Shown here piece after piece: positions 61,122-64,000 of a stretch of 64,000 bases of DNA. The position numbers and the translations under genes were made by a program. The stretch comes from an uncultured Gammaproteobacteria bacterium (GTDB lineage Bacteria; Pseudomonadota; Gammaproteobacteria; Burkholderiales; Burkholderiaceae_C). Location of the stretch: contig CAMTXG010000020.1 of NCBI GenBank assembly GCA_947085645.1, positions 79,443 through 143,442 on the forward strand. The letters run 5' to 3'. The notes beneath the pieces were generated by a model. It had not been told where the DNA came from. It searched no databases and was given only the letters and a program-made list of their open reading frames with translations. Numbering within the stretch: the stretch's first letter is position 1; each line of letters begins with the position of its first letter.

Positions 61122-61901
61122 TTAGCCCAGCAAGCCCTTGGGGATCTTGTCGGCCTTTTTCTCCACCGGGTTGGCCAGCAGCCACTGGGCCGCGTACTGC
61201 CGCATGAACTCCTTGGCCTTTTCGGGGCGGGCGGTCAGCCACGCGTCGTAGGCGCCTTCGTTCAGGATGGCGGGCATGCTTTTTTCGCTGCCGGGCTGGC
61301 CGTAGCGGTGCAGCAGCGCATGGTTGTTGGCGTTCACGTTCAGCAGGCAGTAGCTGATGATGACTTCGCCATCCGCGCCCTGCCAGCGCGCCCACAGGCC
61401 CGCCACGCCCATGGGCTTGCCGTCCACGCGCGCCACGCGGGTGGGCACGGCCTTGCCGCTGCGCAGGTCGTCTTCGTAGAACGCGGTCATGGGCACGATG
61501 CAGCGCTGGCCGTTCAGCCACGCGTCGCGGAACGCGGTGCCGGTGGAGGCGGTGTCGGACTTGGCGTTGACCAGCTTGGTCGCGCGCAGTTTGGCGTCGG
61601 ACGCGGACTTGACCCAGTGCGGCACCAGGCCCCACTGGGCGGGCACCAGCACGCGGGTGGTGTTGATGGCGGGGGGGTCTGCCGGCTCTTGTGGCGGGGC
61701 GTCAGTCGGAACATCCATAGCGACATCGGCAGCCGCCCTGGCAACAGGCTGGGCGATGGCTGCTGCCGTGGCAGCATGGACGATGAAGAAGCCTGGTTTG
61801 CGTGGCCACAGGTGGCGTTCGCCCAGCGCCTCGGGGGGCTCCACCGCAAACGCTTCGCGGTAGGTATCGGCGGCGGACAGGGTTTCGTAGTGGGTGCTCA
61901 T
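61122..61901 (-). CDS. SOS response-associated peptidase (SRAP) family protein, atypical active site
   Basis: QWGLVPHW, NAKSDT, RCIVP..FYE, GVAGLW; starts MSTHY rather than MC. Confidence 0.82.
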   Translation of the reverse strand: MSTHYETLSAADTYREAFAVEPPEALGERHLWPRKPGFFIVHAATAAAIAQPVARAAADVAMDVPTDAPPQEPADPPAINTTRVLVPAQWGLVPHWVKSASDAKLRATKLVNAKSDTASTGTAFRDAWLNGQRCIVPMTAFYEDDLRSGKAVPTRVARVDGKPMGVAGLWARWQGADGEVIISYCLLNVNANNHALLHRYGQPGSEKSMPAILNEGAYDAWLTARPEKAKEFMRQYAAQWLLANPVEKKADKIPKGLLG

Positions 61902-61930
61902 GGGGCGATGGTAACTGTGCTGCCAGCGGA

Positions 61931-61992
61931 TTTGAGGCAAAAATGGCCTCTAGCGCTTGTCAGGCAAGCGCTGATAGCTATAAAAAATAGAG
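61931..61992. repeat. Repeat family A, copy 12
   Basis: gaggcaaaaatggcctctagcgcttgtcaggcaagcgctgatagctataaaaaatagagt. Confidence 0.9.
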
Positions 61993-62108
61993 TGGTTGCA
62001 GTGGTGCAGCCCTTCAGGAAAGCTGGCATGGGCCGTTCTCCCGTGGCAATGCGCGCCCGCTTTGGACATACTGTGCGCCACCCCACCCACCTGGAACAGA
62101 GGCCCGCC

Positions 62109-62675
62109 ATGCAGCACAACGTTTCCCGTTTCATTGTTTCCACCACGGGCGCTGCTGCGCTGCTGGCCGCGGCAGGCGGGGCCCACGCCCAGCCGCAAAA
62201 GCTGCGCCCGGGCTTGTGGGAGCACACGGTGTCCATGAAAAGCCAGAGCGGCCAGATGGAAGCCGCCATGGCGCAGATGCAAAAGTCCCTGGCCAGCATG
62301 ACGCCCGAGCAGCGCAAGCAGATGGAGCAGATGATGGCCCAGCAGGGCGTGAGCATCGGCCCCAAGGGCAATACGGTGAAGATGTGCATCACCGCCGAGC
62401 AGGCCGACCTGGACAACATTCCGCCGCAAGAGGGCTGCACCCAGAACGTCAAGCGCACAGGTCCCAACACGGTGGCCATGACCTTCAGTTGCAAAGGCAG
62501 TCAGGGCGAGCCACCCACGTCGGGCGAAGGCACGATGACCTTCAGCGGCCCCACGGCCTACACGGGCAACTTCAAGGTCAAGACCACCCACAGTGGCAAG
62601 CCCGAGCAAATTGACATGGCGCAGACGGGCAAGTGGCTATCTGCCGACTGCGGAGCCATCAAGCCCGTGCGCTAA
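62109..62675 (+). CDS. DUF3617-family exported protein
   Basis: Signal peptide, LRPGLWEH, KWLSADCG; the real start is inside the long ORF 61101-62675. Confidence 0.82.
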   Translation: MQHNVSRFIVSTTGAAALLAAAGGAHAQPQKLRPGLWEHTVSMKSQSGQMEAAMAQMQKSLASMTPEQRKQMEQMMAQQGVSIGPKGNTVKMCITAEQADLDNIPPQEGCTQNVKRTGPNTVAMTFSCKGSQGEPPTSGEGTMTFSGPTAYTGNFKVKTTHSGKPEQIDMAQTGKWLSADCGAIKPVR

Positions 62676-62697
62676 CGCCAAAGCCTCGTCCCGCTTG

Positions 62698-63849
62698 CTA
62701 TCCCCCGCGATGGCCTGCCGCAGGGCGTTGGGTTGACGGTGCCACCACCACCCGGTTGCGCCCCAGCGCCTTGGCGGTGTAGAGCGCCTGGTCGGCGCGC
62801 TCCAGCGTGTGCTCCACCGAGTCGCCGGGCAGGTGCAGCGCCAGGCCTGCCGACACCGTGAGGTGCAGCGTGCCGGTAGCGTGGGGGATCTCCATGGCAG
62901 CCACTGCCAGGCGGATGCGTTCGAGCAGCTCGCGCGCGCCGTCCAGTTGCGTGTCCGACAGCATCAGCACAAACTCTTCACCGCCCCAGCGCGCCAGAAC
63001 GTCGGTGTCGCGCACAGCAGAACGCACGGTGTTGGCAAAGGCTTGTAGCGCGCGGTCGCCGGTGGCGTGGCCGTGCGTGTCGTTGACGGGCTTGAAATGG
63101 TCGATGTCCAGTTGGGCCAGCAGCAAGGGCCGGCCGCTGCGCGCGCTGCGCCGATGCTCCAGCGCTATCAGGTCCTGCATGGCGCGGCGGTTCAGCAGGC
63201 CGGTGAGTTCGTCGCGCGTGGCCAGCTCGCGGTTGACCGCTAGCGCCTGGGCCAGCGCCAGGCGCTGCTCGCGCAGGCGCGCACGGATGCGCTGGATGCG
63301 CAGGTTCAGGGCAATGCATCCGGACAGCACGATGAGCATCATCAGTGCGTAGGCGGTGTCCAGGTAGCCAAAGGGACTGGCGCTGAAACGTGACGTGACC
63401 CCTATGGCAAAGGCAAAGGCCAGCAGCGCGTAGACGCCGATACCGATCACTTCGGCCATGGTCAGCGAAAAGGTGCCAAAAAAGAGAATCATCGCCAGCA
63501 CGCTGGGGATCAGGCCCCGTGCGTCGCCGGCCAGCACGTAAGCCACGGCGCCACTGGTGATGGTCCAGACCATCTGGGGAATGGTGAGCGAGGGATCGCT
63601 GAGGCGGGCGGTTTCGCCCGACCGCACAAACGCCGTCATCACCAGCAGCCCTCCCACTGACATGGCCGCCCACCACTGCACGGCGGTGGCGTTGACCGAA
63701 TCGCTCGCATGGGCCACCAGCAGCATCACGCCTGCGCTGCTGATCATCAGCAGCAGTGCCAACAAGGACATGCTCACCAGCGTGCGCCTGCGGGGGTCGG
63801 TGGAGAGGATGAGATCCCTCAGGCGCTGCCAGCGGGAGGAAGTGCGCAA
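62698..63849 (-). CDS. Membrane diguanylate cyclase
   Basis: Multi-TM N-terminus; DELTGLLNRR, RDTD I-site, GGEEF. Confidence 0.92.
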   Translation of the reverse strand: MRTSSRWQRLRDLILSTDPRRRTLVSMSLLALLLMISSAGVMLLVAHASDSVNATAVQWWAAMSVGGLLVMTAFVRSGETARLSDPSLTIPQMVWTITSGAVAYVLAGDARGLIPSVLAMILFFGTFSLTMAEVIGIGVYALLAFAFAIGVTSRFSASPFGYLDTAYALMMLIVLSGCIALNLRIQRIRARLREQRLALAQALAVNRELATRDELTGLLNRRAMQDLIALEHRRSARSGRPLLLAQLDIDHFKPVNDTHGHATGDRALQAFANTVRSAVRDTDVLARWGGEEFVLMLSDTQLDGARELLERIRLAVAAMEIPHATGTLHLTVSAGLALHLPGDSVEHTLERADQALYTAKALGRNRVVVAPSTQRPAAGHRGG

Positions 63850-64000
63850 GATAGGGGCTCCTGCCAGATCGATCGGCCGCGGGGTGCGCGGGGGGCCAGG
63901 CGGGTGGTGGCTACCGGCCGGTCGGGCATTGTACGGTGAGGTAATGGCGCACGTACAGCCCTGCGGTGCCCGTCAGACGCCGCCTGGTAGCGGTTCAGCG

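Noticed and set aside
61101-62108. N-terminal 336 aa of the 524-aa plus-strand ORF
   Set aside because: It is antisense to the SRAP gene and runs through repeat copy 12; only 62109-62675 looks real.

Overview
This is a high-GC betaproteobacterial chromosome segment, most likely Comamonadaceae (Acidovorax-like), spanning the replication-origin gene block gyrB-dnaN-dnaA / rpmH-rnpA-yidD-yidC-mnmE. The left arm (1-23.8 kb) is accessory-rich. It holds a HEPN/MNT toxin-antitoxin pair, dinG, a BRO-family gene, an AT-richer amidase with a coupled exported protein, a B12 radical SAM enzyme, a homoserine dehydrogenase with an unannotated Met/Thr/Ile leader-peptide attenuator, stress genes, and an EcoRII-like restriction-modification island (HTH-MTase, frameshifted vsr, REase) directly downstream of gyrB. 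The right arm is mostly housekeeping and signalling: apt, three GGDEF proteins, a CPA2 antiporter, kdsD-kdsC-lptC, two RRM proteins, a yybP-ykoY riboswitch with a UPF0016 gene, a SAM-II riboswitch with metX-metW, an MCP, an M20 peptidase and a SRAP protein. The most striking unexplained structure is a ~60-bp AT-rich palindromic repeat seen 12 times. Two copies lie in-frame inside genes (SDR, mnmE) and two supply stop codons. A second, GC-rich palindromic element lies in-frame in metX. I saw no rRNA, tRNA, CRISPR array, transposase or integrase. Product calls come from motif recognition only; no database searches were run.
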